Sequence record: OZ195934.1
DNA: 64,000 nt
Strand: one strand, 5' to 3'
In this document: in pieces, positions 18,808 through 28,486 of the stretch
Layout of the letters: the number at the start of each line of letters is the position of its first letter
Position numbering within the stretch: the first letter of the stretch is position 1
Program-made: the position numbers and the translations under genes
Notes under the pieces: generated by a model
Told to the model about the DNA's origin: nothing
The model's database searches: none
What the model saw: only the letters and a program-made list of their open reading frames with translations

Positions 18808-19968
18808 ATGAAACAACTGACTACTACAAAATTATATGCTGCGCTAGTAGCACTTTCTGCGGGTGATGCGGAAGGCAAGTTCTTTTACAATGACTTCGTG
18901 ACACCGCTTGGTGAGCACATGCGTGTATTCAGCTACCACATTGCATCGTACAGCGATTGGCTATTAGATGGTGCTATCGAATCACGCGGTATCGTGTTTC
19001 AACACGATGGTGCAGGTAACATGATTCGTATCGTATCTCGTCCGATGGAGAAGTTCTTCAACTTGTTCGAGAACCCGTTTACGATGGGACTTGACTTGAC
19101 CACGACTGAATCGTTGTTCGATAAAGCCGATGGTTCACTGATCAGCACGTACTTGACTGGTGAAAACTTCGCGTTGAAGTCGAAAACGTCGATTTTCTCT
19201 GAGCAAGCAGTCGCGGCGAATCGCTATATCAAGCAACCAGAGAACCGCGATCTGTGGGAATTCTGTGATGATTTATCTCAAGCAGGTTACACAGTGAACA
19301 TGGAATGGGTTGCACCGAACAACCGAATCGTACTTGAGTACCCAGAAGCACGCTTGATCATCTTGAACATTCGTGACAATGAAACTGGTGAGTACATGGC
19401 ATTTGCTGACATCCCCGTTGTTGCGTTTCAGCGCATTGCACGATGGGTTGTTGACGAATATGACCCTGCTCAAGCACATGCACCAGACTTCGTTGAGAAG
19501 TTGAAAGCTCAGAAAGGCATCGAAGGCATGATCGGTCGTCTTGCGTCTGGTCAGTCATACAAAATCAAAACTCAATGGTACGTTGATCTGCACTCGCAGA
19601 AAGACTCAGTGAATGTTCCGAAGAAGTTGGTAACGACTATCTTGAACAACAATCATGATGATCTGTATGCATTGTTCGCAGATGACAAGCCGACTATCGA
19701 GCGCATTCGCGAGTTCGAATCGCATGTTGTTCAGCTTGTGCGTTCATCATGGGACTCTGTTCGTGAGTTTTACGTCGCGAATCGTGGTGCTGAACGTAAA
19801 GACTTTGCCATCGCGGGTCAGAAAGCACTTAAACCGTGGGAATTTGGTGTGGCTATGAAAGCATATCAGAATCAAACGATGGAAGGCGTACACGAAATGC
19901 TAATCGATGTTTACTTGCGTAAGCCAGAGTTAGCAGTACCAGAGAAATACTTGAACGAGGGTAAGTAA
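18808..19968 (+). CDS. rnlA: RNA ligase 1
   Basis: ESRGI, SRPMEKFFN, KADGSLI, EW..P.NRIV, EG, YKIKT.WY. Confidence 0.95.
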   Translation: MKQLTTTKLYAALVALSAGDAEGKFFYNDFVTPLGEHMRVFSYHIASYSDWLLDGAIESRGIVFQHDGAGNMIRIVSRPMEKFFNLFENPFTMGLDLTTTESLFDKADGSLISTYLTGENFALKSKTSIFSEQAVAANRYIKQPENRDLWEFCDDLSQAGYTVNMEWVAPNNRIVLEYPEARLIILNIRDNETGEYMAFADIPVVAFQRIARWVVDEYDPAQAHAPDFVEKLKAQKGIEGMIGRLASGQSYKIKTQWYVDLHSQKDSVNVPKKLVTTILNNNHDDLYALFADDKPTIERIREFESHVVQLVRSSWDSVREFYVANRGAERKDFAIAGQKALKPWEFGVAMKAYQNQTMEGVHEMLIDVYLRKPELAVPEKYLNEGK

Positions 19969-20228
19969 TGCAACACTTTGTTTTTCAAAACGGCAAGCCT
20001 GTGCAAACAGGCGACCCGAACGAATTCATGAGTAAGATGCCTGCATTCTTAAAAGAATTGCAGAAGCGTTTAGACGCAGACCCACGCGGTGGTAAAATCA
20101 TCTACGCGGGTCCGGCTAAAGCTGATAACTTGACTGGTATCGACGTTGAGATTGAAGACAAGAACGGGAAAGTGTCTAAGTTCTTCATCAATCCGTATCA
20201 GCAATCGTTTTACACTGTGTTCGGGTAG
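19968..20228 (+). CDS. Hypothetical protein
   Basis: 86 aa, coupled to rnlA. Confidence 0.75.
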   Translation: MQHFVFQNGKPVQTGDPNEFMSKMPAFLKELQKRLDADPRGGKIIYAGPAKADNLTGIDVEIEDKNGKVSKFFINPYQQSFYTVFG

Positions 20229-20229
20229 C

Positions 20230-20263
20230 AATAAATACTCCTGTATTATTTGATATGGGAGTA
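20230..20263 (+). promoter_or_regulatory. Late promoter overlapping an RBS-occluding hairpin
   Basis: AATAAATA (20230-37); stem TACTCCTGTATT / GATATGGGAGTA contains the SD. Confidence 0.7.
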
Positions 20264-20267
20264 AAAC

Positions 20268-20651
20268 ATGTTTGCAAAATACAAAATCTACATTGGCTTT
20301 GCTGCTATACTCGTCGCAGTATTGACCATCGGGTATCTAAAACTCGAAAACTCAAGTCTTGAGAAGAGCATTGCGGAGCAAACAGCCACGATAGAGCGAC
20401 TAACTGACGATAAAACTCGCTTAGAGCACGTCATTTCTGATAAGGATGACACTATTGATCAGTGGCAATCTGTCTATCTTGAACAGTCTGTTTACCGCAA
20501 AGCACTTCAGACGGAGCTTGATGAAAAGACTGGCGAACTGAGACGATATCGTGATCGTCAAGATGTCGTGTTTCAAAAGCCAGGTTTAGTTCAGATCAAA
20601 GAGCAAAAAGCCCTTGATAAGTTCTTCAACGAGGTGCGCAGTGAAAAGTAG
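20268..20651 (+). CDS. pseT.3: Inner-membrane spanin (i-spanin)
   Basis: N-terminal TM segment, coiled coil, KPGLV motif; T4 synteny. Confidence 0.8.
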   Translation: MFAKYKIYIGFAAILVAVLTIGYLKLENSSLEKSIAEQTATIERLTDDKTRLEHVISDKDDTIDQWQSVYLEQSVYRKALQTELDEKTGELRRYRDRQDVVFQKPGLVQIKEQKALDKFFNEVRSEK

Positions 20652-20976
20652 ACTACTAATAATCATCATTGCGGTCATGGCGCTAGTTGGATGTGGCTCG
20701 ACACCCGACCCCGTGATAGTTTACGAAACCAATGAAATCGTGCATCCCTCAATGCCATCCCCTCCGCCAAATCCCGGTGTTAGAATTCTCGTTTTGACTA
20801 CTGAGACTATCGAAGACAAGCAAGCATATATCGGCTTTACGTATAACGAATGGTTGAAATTTGCCGAATGGATGCACACGTACAAGACTTACAACAAAGA
20901 TTTACGTCATGTGATTGAGTTGTATAAAGGTCAAGACCAATCTCTACAGGAAGAAGAGGTGAAAGAAAGTGATTGA
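20641..20976 (+). CDS. pseT.2: Outer-membrane spanin lipoprotein (o-spanin)
   Basis: GTG start with GAGGTG RBS, lipobox LVGC, Pro-rich segment, overlaps the i-spanin. Confidence 0.8.
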   Translation: MKSRLLIIIIAVMALVGCGSTPDPVIVYETNEIVHPSMPSPPPNPGVRILVLTTETIEDKQAYIGFTYNEWLKFAEWMHTYKTYNKDLRHVIELYKGQDQSLQEEEVKESD

Positions 20977-21110
20977 GTTGTTTTATGTCATAATGTTGAT
21001 TGTGGCAATACTCGGATTATTCGCTTTCGGGTATATGATCGAAGCATGTATTCAACGTGCGGCTGATTCGTATAATCGAGTGCTACAAGAGTTAAATAAA
21101 AAATAATCAT

Positions 21111-21165
21111 AAAAGGGTTGCTTCGGCAGCCCTTTTTGCGTATTATAGCTCTATCGAAACGAAAC
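21111..21165 (+). promoter_or_regulatory. Fused terminator / early promoter cassette (PeSL-like)
   Basis: Near-identical to 6475; TTGCTT(21118)-17-TATTAT; ATCGAAACGAAAC. Confidence 0.85.
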
Positions 21166-21188
21166 GACGAAAACAAAGAGAGGACATT

Positions 21189-21497
21189 ATGATTGAATTT
21201 AAGCGCGTTAACATGGGTTCTAATCAATATCCACTTTACGTATACGATTCAATTGATGAGTGTGCGTCTGAAGACGTGTTAGACGCTCTGACTGATACAA
21301 ACTTCAAAGACCGTCTAACTGGCAAACGTTTTCATAAGTTTCGTGTTGCAAAAACACACATTGAATCTGGTTGGTGCATTCGAGTAAGTGATCCCGAGAA
21401 CTTCTGCAAATTCATCATCACTGATACTGGCTTCAAAACCAAGAAAGCAGCTATTTCATACATCAATCTATGGTACGTAAACGTGAGAGAAGCATAA
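21189..21497 (+). CDS. Hypothetical early protein
   Basis: 102 aa, GAGGA RBS. Confidence 0.8.
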   Translation: MIEFKRVNMGSNQYPLYVYDSIDECASEDVLDALTDTNFKDRLTGKRFHKFRVAKTHIESGWCIRVSDPENFCKFIITDTGFKTKKAAISYINLWYVNVREA

Positions 21498-21922
21498 TGA
21501 ACGAACTAAAACAACTAACCCAAGAAGCACGCATTCAATTTGACCAATACGGTATGATTCATACCGAGCTTACAAGCGATTTGATTGACGCAATCGAGAA
21601 CGTATGCGCTACAGCACCGATTATTCGCTCTGTACGTCAAACTATCGAGTCTTTCGGTGCTGTAACAGCAACTGTGGTGCGTGAAGTGATTGAACTCTCC
21701 GAAGAGATTACAAGCGACTCTAGAAGCGTGCGCTATTTCGAGTCTGAGCGTATTGCGATGGCGTATGCTGAGATCGTTGAAGGGCTTACGCCAGTCGTGA
21801 CCGTAGCTGAAGTTGTTCAAAGCGAAGAAAACGATAAGTTTTTTATTCGTTTAAATGTTTATGGTACTATCTCTGATGTGCTAAAATCTTCTGACTTAAT
21901 GAAAACCGTAGAGGTAATATAA
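21497..21922 (+). CDS. Hypothetical protein
   Basis: Start ATG 21497, overlapping the previous stop. Confidence 0.75.
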   Translation: MNELKQLTQEARIQFDQYGMIHTELTSDLIDAIENVCATAPIIRSVRQTIESFGAVTATVVREVIELSEEITSDSRSVRYFESERIAMAYAEIVEGLTPVVTVAEVVQSEENDKFFIRLNVYGTISDVLKSSDLMKTVEVI

Positions 21923-22824
21923 TGAAAGTGATTGTAACAGTTGGTGTACCTGCTTCGGGTAAAACAACATGGGCAGAACAGTTCTGTGCAAAAACTGGCG
22001 CAGTGAACGTGAACCGTGATGACGCTCGTCAAGAGCTATTCGGTCCCTTCAAATGGGGTGAATACACGTTCAAAAAAGCTCAAGAAGAGCTTGTGACTAA
22101 AGTCAACAAAGACAAAGCATTGCTTGCACTGAGCAAAGGCAAGAGCGTCGTGATCTCTGATACGAACTTGAACCCTGAGTATCGTCAAGTGTGGAAGTCT
22201 ATCGCTGACCAATTTGATGCTGAATATGAAGAAAAGCTTTTTCATATCAACTTCGACGAAGCACATAAGCGCGATGAAGCACGTGAAATGACGGTTGGTA
22301 AGAAAATTCTAACTAACATGCTTCAAAACTACCATCGCATGAACCGCGACTTAATCATTGCACACTTCAAAGAATTGCTTGAGAAGCAGTGGGCTATGTG
22401 TGATCAGCTTGTTGTACTGAGCGATATCGATGGTACAGTAGCTGAAATGCACAAAGGCGTTAAAGGCAAGCGTTCACCGTTTGAGTGGAAGCGTGTTGGT
22501 GAAGATACACCACGTAAAAACGTGCTGTACGCACTAGACTCATTGGCAAAAGACTACGCTGTGTGGTTCATGAGCGGTCGTGACGGTTCATGTGAGCCAG
22601 AGACAGAAGAATGGTTACAAGAACATGCACCGTTCTACACGGGTCTTGTGATGCGTGCTCCTAGCGATTCACGCCCAGATTGGGTAATCAAACTAGAATT
22701 GATGTACGATCTTGCACTACACGGTATCAAGCCGCTTGTTATGTTCGATGATCGTGATCAAGTAGTAAACACTTTGCGCGAAGTTGGCGTTGAAGTATGG
22801 CAAGTTCAACCAGGTAATTTTTAG
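21922..22824 (+). CDS. pseT: Polynucleotide 5'-kinase / 3'-phosphatase
   Basis: GVPASGKTT, NRDD, SDTNLN; HAD DIDGT, SGR, FDDR. Confidence 0.95.
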   Translation: MKVIVTVGVPASGKTTWAEQFCAKTGAVNVNRDDARQELFGPFKWGEYTFKKAQEELVTKVNKDKALLALSKGKSVVISDTNLNPEYRQVWKSIADQFDAEYEEKLFHINFDEAHKRDEAREMTVGKKILTNMLQNYHRMNRDLIIAHFKELLEKQWAMCDQLVVLSDIDGTVAEMHKGVKGKRSPFEWKRVGEDTPRKNVLYALDSLAKDYAVWFMSGRDGSCEPETEEWLQEHAPFYTGLVMRAPSDSRPDWVIKLELMYDLALHGIKPLVMFDDRDQVVNTLREVGVEVWQVQPGNF

Positions 22825-22833
22825 AGGTAAAAC

Positions 22834-23211
22834 ATGGAATTAGCGTTAATTGTAACATTCATCGTTGTGTGTGCTGTAATCGTGATGGTCGCAAAGCGCC
22901 CGACGAAATCTAAACTATCAGCGGGTCGTCCTGCCCCAGACTTGCGCTCACTGAAACAACGTGAGCAAGCAGAATCGATTCGCATGATGTCGAATGCGCC
23001 TCATCGCCCGAGCAATCGCCAATCGATGGGTCGTCAGTCGCGACGTGACAACACAGATGACGCGCTATCTGCTGCAATCTTTGTTGATTCGATTACTCGC
23101 TCAGAGCCAACGCGTACTGAAACGTCGTTCCCGTCTAGCACTGGCTCGTACAGCTACAGTGGTGATTCTGGCTCTAGCTCAAGTGACTCTAGCTCAGGTG
23201 GTGGTGACTAA
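22834..23211 (+). CDS. Membrane-anchored protein with Ser/Gly-rich tail
   Basis: N-terminal TM; tail SGDSGSSSSDSSSGGGD. Confidence 0.75.
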   Translation: MELALIVTFIVVCAVIVMVAKRPTKSKLSAGRPAPDLRSLKQREQAESIRMMSNAPHRPSNRQSMGRQSRRDNTDDALSAAIFVDSITRSEPTRTETSFPSSTGSYSYSGDSGSSSSDSSSGGGD

Positions 23212-23705
23212 TGATTGTATCTGAACTTCGTGGTGACTTAGTTGCCACGTTAAAGAAAGCGATTGACACAGATGTTAGTCGCCCGTTTTTCATGGCTCAG
23301 GGCTGTAACTGCTTTGTGACGCAAGGTAGCGGCATCGCGGGTCAACTGCGCTCTGTTCCTGCTGTGTATCAAGCTGACGTTGACTACGGTCGCGAGGGTG
23401 ACATCACGAAGCTCGGTGAAATGTCTGTTGCGGTATGGGAAGAACGTGCTGCTGTATTCAACTTGTATACTCAGTACCACTATGGTGCGGGTGTTCGTCA
23501 AGTCGATTACTGTGCAGTGAAAGAATCTGTGCGTGAAATGTGTCGTTATCTTGAAGGCGTGAACGCACCTGTATTCGTTCCGTTGATTGGTGCAGGTCTT
23601 GCAGGTGGTGAATGGGATTTGATTCGCGCTTGTATTGACAAAGCAAGCGGCAAGACGCGTATTATCGTTGTTCACTTTGAACAAGACAAAATCCTAGACT
23701 GGTGA
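23211..23705 (+). CDS. Macro-domain ADP-ribose processing protein (T4 tk.4-like)
   Basis: QGCNCFVTQGSGIAGQL, FNLYTQ, PLIGAGLAGGEW. Confidence 0.9.
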   Translation: MIVSELRGDLVATLKKAIDTDVSRPFFMAQGCNCFVTQGSGIAGQLRSVPAVYQADVDYGREGDITKLGEMSVAVWEERAAVFNLYTQYHYGAGVRQVDYCAVKESVREMCRYLEGVNAPVFVPLIGAGLAGGEWDLIRACIDKASGKTRIIVVHFEQDKILDW

Positions 23706-23709
23706 TAAA

Positions 23710-23859
23710 ATGGAAGCGTACGTTGTATTAGGTATCTGCGTCGTTATTGCGATTGTTGCTGCTAATTCTCTCATGAAAATGATTGACAGACACGAGCAAA
23801 TGCGTGTTAAGATGATGCATAAAGCAATTCAAGCACGAGCGAGGAAGAGACTGCCATGA
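23710..23859 (+). CDS. Small single-TM protein (49 aa)
   Basis: MEAYVVLGICVVIAIVAANSLMKMIDRH..., GGTG RBS; below the ORF-track cutoff. Confidence 0.65.
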   Translation: MEAYVVLGICVVIAIVAANSLMKMIDRHEQMRVKMMHKAIQARARKRLP

Positions 23860-24080
23860 GCTTTGAAACCAACAAGAAATTAGCTGAAGCGTTTGACGCT
23901 TGGCGTGTGGTGCCGAGATTATTGGTTGCAATGTACTGCTACTTGCTGTATTTTACTGCTATGTGGTTCATGGGTCTACCAGATCCAAGTGGCACGCAAT
24001 CTGCATTTGTATCGACGATTGTCGGTGCAGGTGCTGCAATTTTCGGCTTATATACTAAGTCTGGTAAGAATCAAGAATAG
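23856..24080 (+). CDS. Small two-TM membrane protein
   Basis: FDAWRVVPRLLV...FVSTIVGAGAAIFGLY. Confidence 0.75.
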   Translation: MSFETNKKLAEAFDAWRVVPRLLVAMYCYLLYFTAMWFMGLPDPSGTQSAFVSTIVGAGAAIFGLYTKSGKNQE

Positions 24081-24089
24081 GAACATAGC

Positions 24090-24470
24090 ATGATTAACAA
24101 CGAAATTTTAAAGCCAGTTTTCGAAACAATCGATATTACTGACCCGAACAACGTAATCTCAATTGAGGTTATGAACGACGAGATTAGCAGCGACGACTTC
24201 GACAACTTCATCGAATACTGCGTTGAAGCTGAAATCAACGAACGCAAAACACAGTTCGCGGGCTACTTTAGCGGTGACTTTCTAGTTCTAGGTATTGCAG
24301 AAGAGCGTTTTAGCTTCTTTCAAACACTAGACACCGAAACTCTATTGAACGAAGACGCAGCAAACAACGCGTTTGACGCGCACATCGAAGCATTTGTTCA
24401 ATGGTACACTGAGAAAGTGTCTGAGTTCTTTGTAATTAAAGACGTTGAGTTGAATGTCGAAACTGTCTAA
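24090..24470 (+). CDS. Acidic hypothetical protein
   Basis: 126 aa, AGGA RBS. Confidence 0.75.
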   Translation: MINNEILKPVFETIDITDPNNVISIEVMNDEISSDDFDNFIEYCVEAEINERKTQFAGYFSGDFLVLGIAEERFSFFQTLDTETLLNEDAANNAFDAHIEAFVQWYTEKVSEFFVIKDVELNVETV

Positions 24471-24473
24471 ATA
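24467..24473 (+). promoter_or_regulatory. Late promoter variant (CTAAATA)
   Basis: 32 nt upstream of ATG 24505. Confidence 0.55.
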
Positions 24474-24504
24474 ACAGAATGACACACAACAAAATGGTAA
24501 ACTA

Positions 24505-26193
24505 ATGAAACTTAAACTTTTTGAGAATTTTTATCAAGAAGTGCGACTTGATGAGATTAGCGACCGCGCTAACATCGACATCGATTGGGATTTCGGTGAC
24601 GAGAACGGTAGCACCGATTCGACTGCAAACTTCACCGCGGGTGGCGAGAAATTCGACGTTAGTGTTGATGAGAGCAATCCTGGGTACTTCACCGTAACGT
24701 TCCAAAACTCTGGCGGTTATTCGCAAACTGGTAAGCAAGGGCATGGCGCTGCTGCTGTTTTCTCTGGCGTATTGACGTGTTTACGTGAATTCACCGAGCA
24801 TTACGAATCAGTAATGGACAAGAAGCCGTATAGCTTTGACTTCTCTGCCGCGTATGAGCTACCACAGAATCACCCACAAGCACGTCTTGCAGGTCGTCGC
24901 CAAGAAGCGTTTGAACTTCCGCTTGATGAGAAGAAAAAGCTATTGAAAGACTTGATCAGTCGCCCGATGCTTTACTACTCTCTATCGCTGACGTTTGGTA
25001 AAGAACAAGGTTATTCTACGCATATGCATGACCGACTGTTGACTCATTTGGCAGGTAACGCCAACGATTTCCGTTCAGTTCGTAAGAACGTGACGCGCAA
25101 TATCGTAGCAATGGACGACGCTCAAGTTGACAAAGCACTGCGCGAAGCAAGTGGCTCAGTGTCGTTCACTCTAACGAATGATCATGAACGACCAAGCGAC
25201 TATGACTCACCATTTGGTCAAGCGTCACTTGAAGACCACATTGATGACGCAAGTCAATATGAAGTCGAAGAGTGGATTAACGAGGGTCGTGAAGACGAAA
25301 TCATTGAGCACGCAGACTGGCAGACGCTTGTTCGTATCGCTACGTGGGGTTTGATGCACGATGAGCTGATTTACCACGATGATTCAGACGTTCGTTGGGC
25401 TGTGGTTAAAGCAGATCACGAGTACGGTGATAAACTAGCCGAATCACCAGAATGGGAGCATCGTAAAGAAGCTGCTGAAAATGGCTTTATGATCTATCAA
25501 CTTGTAGTCGATGACGACGAAGATGTTCGTGAAGCAGCATGGGATTGGGCGTTTGAAAGCGACGACTCTGATCAGCGCATTGAATATGCGAAGAACGTTG
25601 ACTCTACGCTTGGTCGCTCACATCTTGAAGACGTAATGGATCGCATGATTGACGACTCAGACGACTACGAAGACCATGTTTTTGTAGCTGAACACGGTTG
25701 GAGACTTGAAGAACTGGTCGATAACGGTGATGAAGATGTTCGTGAAGCTGCGATGAGCTGGTACTTCAACAACGAAGATTCAACCGATGCGGTAAGCAAC
25801 ATCATGAGTCACAGCGACGTGTTCGGTGACGAGAACTTGAAATACATCATGGACGGCAACTTCGGCCCATACGCTGAAGAAAAGGCGATTGAAATGGCGA
25901 AAGAAGCTGACTTAGATGTTTCTGAGTGGGTGACTGAAGCAATAATCACTGATTACACGCTGCATGATGAAGTAGACGAAGCAACTTCCGTAGATGTTGA
26001 GGTAATCGACTCTGATGGCAGTGAGTTTGAAGTCACAGTGACATACGAAGCTGACACGACGTACACAGTGAACGACACCACACGCGGTAAAGTCGAGACA
26101 TTCGACGAGTTCAGCGGTGTGTTTGAGTTCTTCAAAGACGAATATGGCATTGAGCTAGACGACCACAGTGAAGTCTACGATCATTTGACATAA
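24505..26193 (+). CDS. Acidic HEAT-like repeat protein, likely head-internal
   Basis: MKLKLFENF...LDE start; repeats LxxDxDxDVRxAA. Confidence 0.85.
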   Translation: MKLKLFENFYQEVRLDEISDRANIDIDWDFGDENGSTDSTANFTAGGEKFDVSVDESNPGYFTVTFQNSGGYSQTGKQGHGAAAVFSGVLTCLREFTEHYESVMDKKPYSFDFSAAYELPQNHPQARLAGRRQEAFELPLDEKKKLLKDLISRPMLYYSLSLTFGKEQGYSTHMHDRLLTHLAGNANDFRSVRKNVTRNIVAMDDAQVDKALREASGSVSFTLTNDHERPSDYDSPFGQASLEDHIDDASQYEVEEWINEGREDEIIEHADWQTLVRIATWGLMHDELIYHDDSDVRWAVVKADHEYGDKLAESPEWEHRKEAAENGFMIYQLVVDDDEDVREAAWDWAFESDDSDQRIEYAKNVDSTLGRSHLEDVMDRMIDDSDDYEDHVFVAEHGWRLEELVDNGDEDVREAAMSWYFNNEDSTDAVSNIMSHSDVFGDENLKYIMDGNFGPYAEEKAIEMAKEADLDVSEWVTEAIITDYTLHDEVDEATSVDVEVIDSDGSEFEVTVTYEADTTYTVNDTTRGKVETFDEFSGVFEFFKDEYGIELDDHSEVYDHLT

Positions 26194-26196
26194 AGA

Positions 26197-26232
26197 AAAG
26201 GGTTGACTTCGGTCAGCCCTTTCGTGTATTCT
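26197..26232 (+). promoter_or_regulatory. Fused terminator / early promoter
   Basis: AAAAGGGTTGAC-TTCG-GTCAGCCCTTT with TTGACT-18-TATTCT. Confidence 0.75.
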
Positions 26233-26261
26233 ACGTATAGAAATTCAAAAGAGAGAAAATT

Positions 26262-26522
26262 ATGATTACTGATTTGACTGAAATCTTCATCAACATGAAT
26301 GATGAAAACTACGATGCAGATACAACACTTGACATCGTGAAGAAAGCAATCGACCGCGACGATGTTGACGGTGTGATGTTAGCATTCACTCAAGGTGTAT
26401 CTGTGTTTATTGAAGAAATCACCAACCCTGAACTTGATCTAGCGCAATACGAAGAATTCGTCGTGTCTAATCTTGAGAAAGTGCTTGGCGATAAAATGGG
26501 CGAGATTGAATTCATTTTCTAA
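26262..26522 (+). CDS. Acidic hypothetical early protein
   Basis: 86 aa, GAGAG RBS. Confidence 0.8.
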   Translation: MITDLTEIFINMNDENYDADTTLDIVKKAIDRDDVDGVMLAFTQGVSVFIEEITNPELDLAQYEEFVVSNLEKVLGDKMGEIEFIF

Positions 26523-26530
26523 GGTAAATT

Positions 26531-27184
26531 ATGCTACTTGAAAACTACATTAAACGAGCAATGCAAGAGTATTGCTCCATCTTTCCGACACGTTTTTCAG
26601 TGCTTGACCATCTATTTGCTGTCAACGGCAATGGTATTCGTTTAGACGAAGATGGTTTTATGGCTGAACGCGATGACACGCTACTTGCTGACGACTTGAT
26701 CATAGAAGCCGTGAACGACCATCACAGTCACGCGATTGATGTGACTGAAAAGATGATCAATTCACTCGAAGAAGAACACCCTGATGGTGAGTTCAGTGTC
26801 GCAATCGAGAAGATGCGCAGACGTGTAGACGTGCGCAAAGAAAAGCGTGCAGCACAGTTAGAGCGTCTACGTGACATTGACAGCGCGTACAAAGAAGATC
26901 CCGATTTTAGCGACATTCACGTATATGGTTGGGGTAGCGACAAGCAATTCATACCATTTTACATGATGCTTGACTCGAAGTATGACGATCTCATTGAACA
27001 GCTTGAATACTTCAGCGAATGCATCAAGAAAGCTGAGATTCCGCCAGAAGTTGATTCAGATGACTTGATGGCGAATTATCAGCACGATTCTATCGTTGGT
27101 TGGAAACAAGTCGGCGTTGAGCACCTTGATGTCGAGATTTACAAGCTGAAACAAGCAAAAATCAAAGAAAAATATCATCAATAG
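26531..27184 (+). CDS. Hypothetical protein
   Basis: 217 aa, AAGG RBS. Confidence 0.8.
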   Translation: MLLENYIKRAMQEYCSIFPTRFSVLDHLFAVNGNGIRLDEDGFMAERDDTLLADDLIIEAVNDHHSHAIDVTEKMINSLEEEHPDGEFSVAIEKMRRRVDVRKEKRAAQLERLRDIDSAYKEDPDFSDIHVYGWGSDKQFIPFYMMLDSKYDDLIEQLEYFSECIKKAEIPPEVDSDDLMANYQHDSIVGWKQVGVEHLDVEIYKLKQAKIKEKYHQ

Positions 27185-27185
27185 T

Positions 27186-27215
27186 GTTTAATCTCATGTG
27201 TTCTGTGCATATAAT
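27186..27215 (+). promoter_or_regulatory. Class B promoter
   Basis: GTTTAAT-17-TATAAT. Confidence 0.7.
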
Positions 27216-27243
27216 GTACAAAACACAACGAGAGAGATTAACA

Positions 27244-27459
27244 ATGGCACATTATGATTGCAGACACTGTGGCGAGTTTGGTTGCTTCGGTGAGTGTAAA
27301 ACTGAAGAAAACCAAGCAGCGAAACGCGCAGAAGAAGCACGCCTTGCACTTGCTAATAAATGGAAAGCTGTCTTGCAAAAAGAAGAAAAGCGTATCTCTG
27401 ACTTAGAAAAAGCGCGTGCATTTTTCTTACTACATGATGAAAAAGGCAACATGAAATGA
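27244..27459 (+). CDS. Small Cys-rich (putative Zn-binding) protein
   Basis: MAHYDCRHCGEFGCFGEC; true start ATG 27244. Confidence 0.7.
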   Translation: MAHYDCRHCGEFGCFGECKTEENQAAKRAEEARLALANKWKAVLQKEEKRISDLEKARAFFLLHDEKGNMK

Positions 27460-27833
27460 GACACAAGCATTCAGTTCATGCGATGATGAACATGATCAAC
27501 TACATGAGTTCACAATTTGTACCAGGTTCTACTTTTCTGGGGTTCTTGCCAGTCACGGCAGCCAACGATTCTTGGGGCACTGTTGTTCCCGGGAGTGACC
27601 ATCGTTGGTGTGCCGTTCATTTTTTTGAAGAAATGCAATTAGAAACGCGTTCAGATGAAGAAGAAACAGAACAAAAGCGTATTGACAAAGGTCTTACGTG
27701 GTTGATGGTGTTTTATGGCGTTGATAACACATCGTACATGAAAAGATTCAAAACACGTAAACATTTGCTTGACTGGTGGTACAGTCATGATGTATTATTC
27801 AGCACAGATGGATTACTTTACTACAATAGCTGA
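27456..27833 (+). CDS. Hypothetical protein
   Basis: 125 aa. Confidence 0.75.
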   Translation: MRHKHSVHAMMNMINYMSSQFVPGSTFLGFLPVTAANDSWGTVVPGSDHRWCAVHFFEEMQLETRSDEEETEQKRIDKGLTWLMVFYGVDNTSYMKRFKTRKHLLDWWYSHDVLFSTDGLLYYNS

Positions 27834-27842
27834 GAACATATT

Positions 27843-28451
27843 ATGAACGTTGATGAAGCACTACGATCTTTGAATCTACTGAACAACAAAGTCTACACTG
27901 AAATCGTGAATAACGACATGAAGCCGAACATTCTTTCAGTGTACAAAGAAATGAAAAAGATTACCGAATACGGTAATGAAGTGTGGTATGGTGATGCTGA
28001 CGTGTACGTGAGCATTGAAGAAGCATACGAAGCGTATGGTGACAAGTACGACGTGCTTATCATTCGTAACGTAGTGTCATGCTGTGACATGCCGTATGTT
28101 ATTGCTATCATCAACACTGAGACGAATTACATCCCGATTTGTAAAGTTGTTGCACCACGCGGCAAGAAAAACAACTTTACATTTGGTGATCATCGCGATT
28201 GGGACGAGCACGGACTTGACACGCTACGAGATCACAACTGGTCATTCGGTTATGAAGATCTGCGCGATGACGGTCTAGTGTTTCAACTAGATTCGATTTG
28301 GGCTGAAATCAAGAGAGATAAAGCGTACAACGGTTGGTCTCAGTACAGTTATGGTTGTGGTTTTCATGTTGAATACTTGCTGTACGCACAGCGTGAGATT
28401 CAATACGCATTTCAGATGATTTGTGATATGAAAGATTACACGATTGAATAG
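27843..28451 (+). CDS. Hypothetical protein
   Basis: 202 aa. Confidence 0.8.
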   Translation: MNVDEALRSLNLLNNKVYTEIVNNDMKPNILSVYKEMKKITEYGNEVWYGDADVYVSIEEAYEAYGDKYDVLIIRNVVSCCDMPYVIAIINTETNYIPICKVVAPRGKKNNFTFGDHRDWDEHGLDTLRDHNWSFGYEDLRDDGLVFQLDSIWAEIKRDKAYNGWSQYSYGCGFHVEYLLYAQREIQYAFQMICDMKDYTIE

Positions 28452-28455
28452 ACCT

Positions 28456-28481
28456 AAAAAAGCCCCTTAATCGGGGCTTTT
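28456..28481. terminator. Bidirectional terminator
   Basis: A6-GCCCC-TTAATC-GGGGC-T4 between convergent genes. Confidence 0.9.
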
Positions 28482-28486
28482 GTCGT

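Noticed and set aside
23856-24080. Holin
   Set aside because: Two TM segments but no adjacent endolysin or late promoter, and T4-type holin gp t is much larger; function left open.
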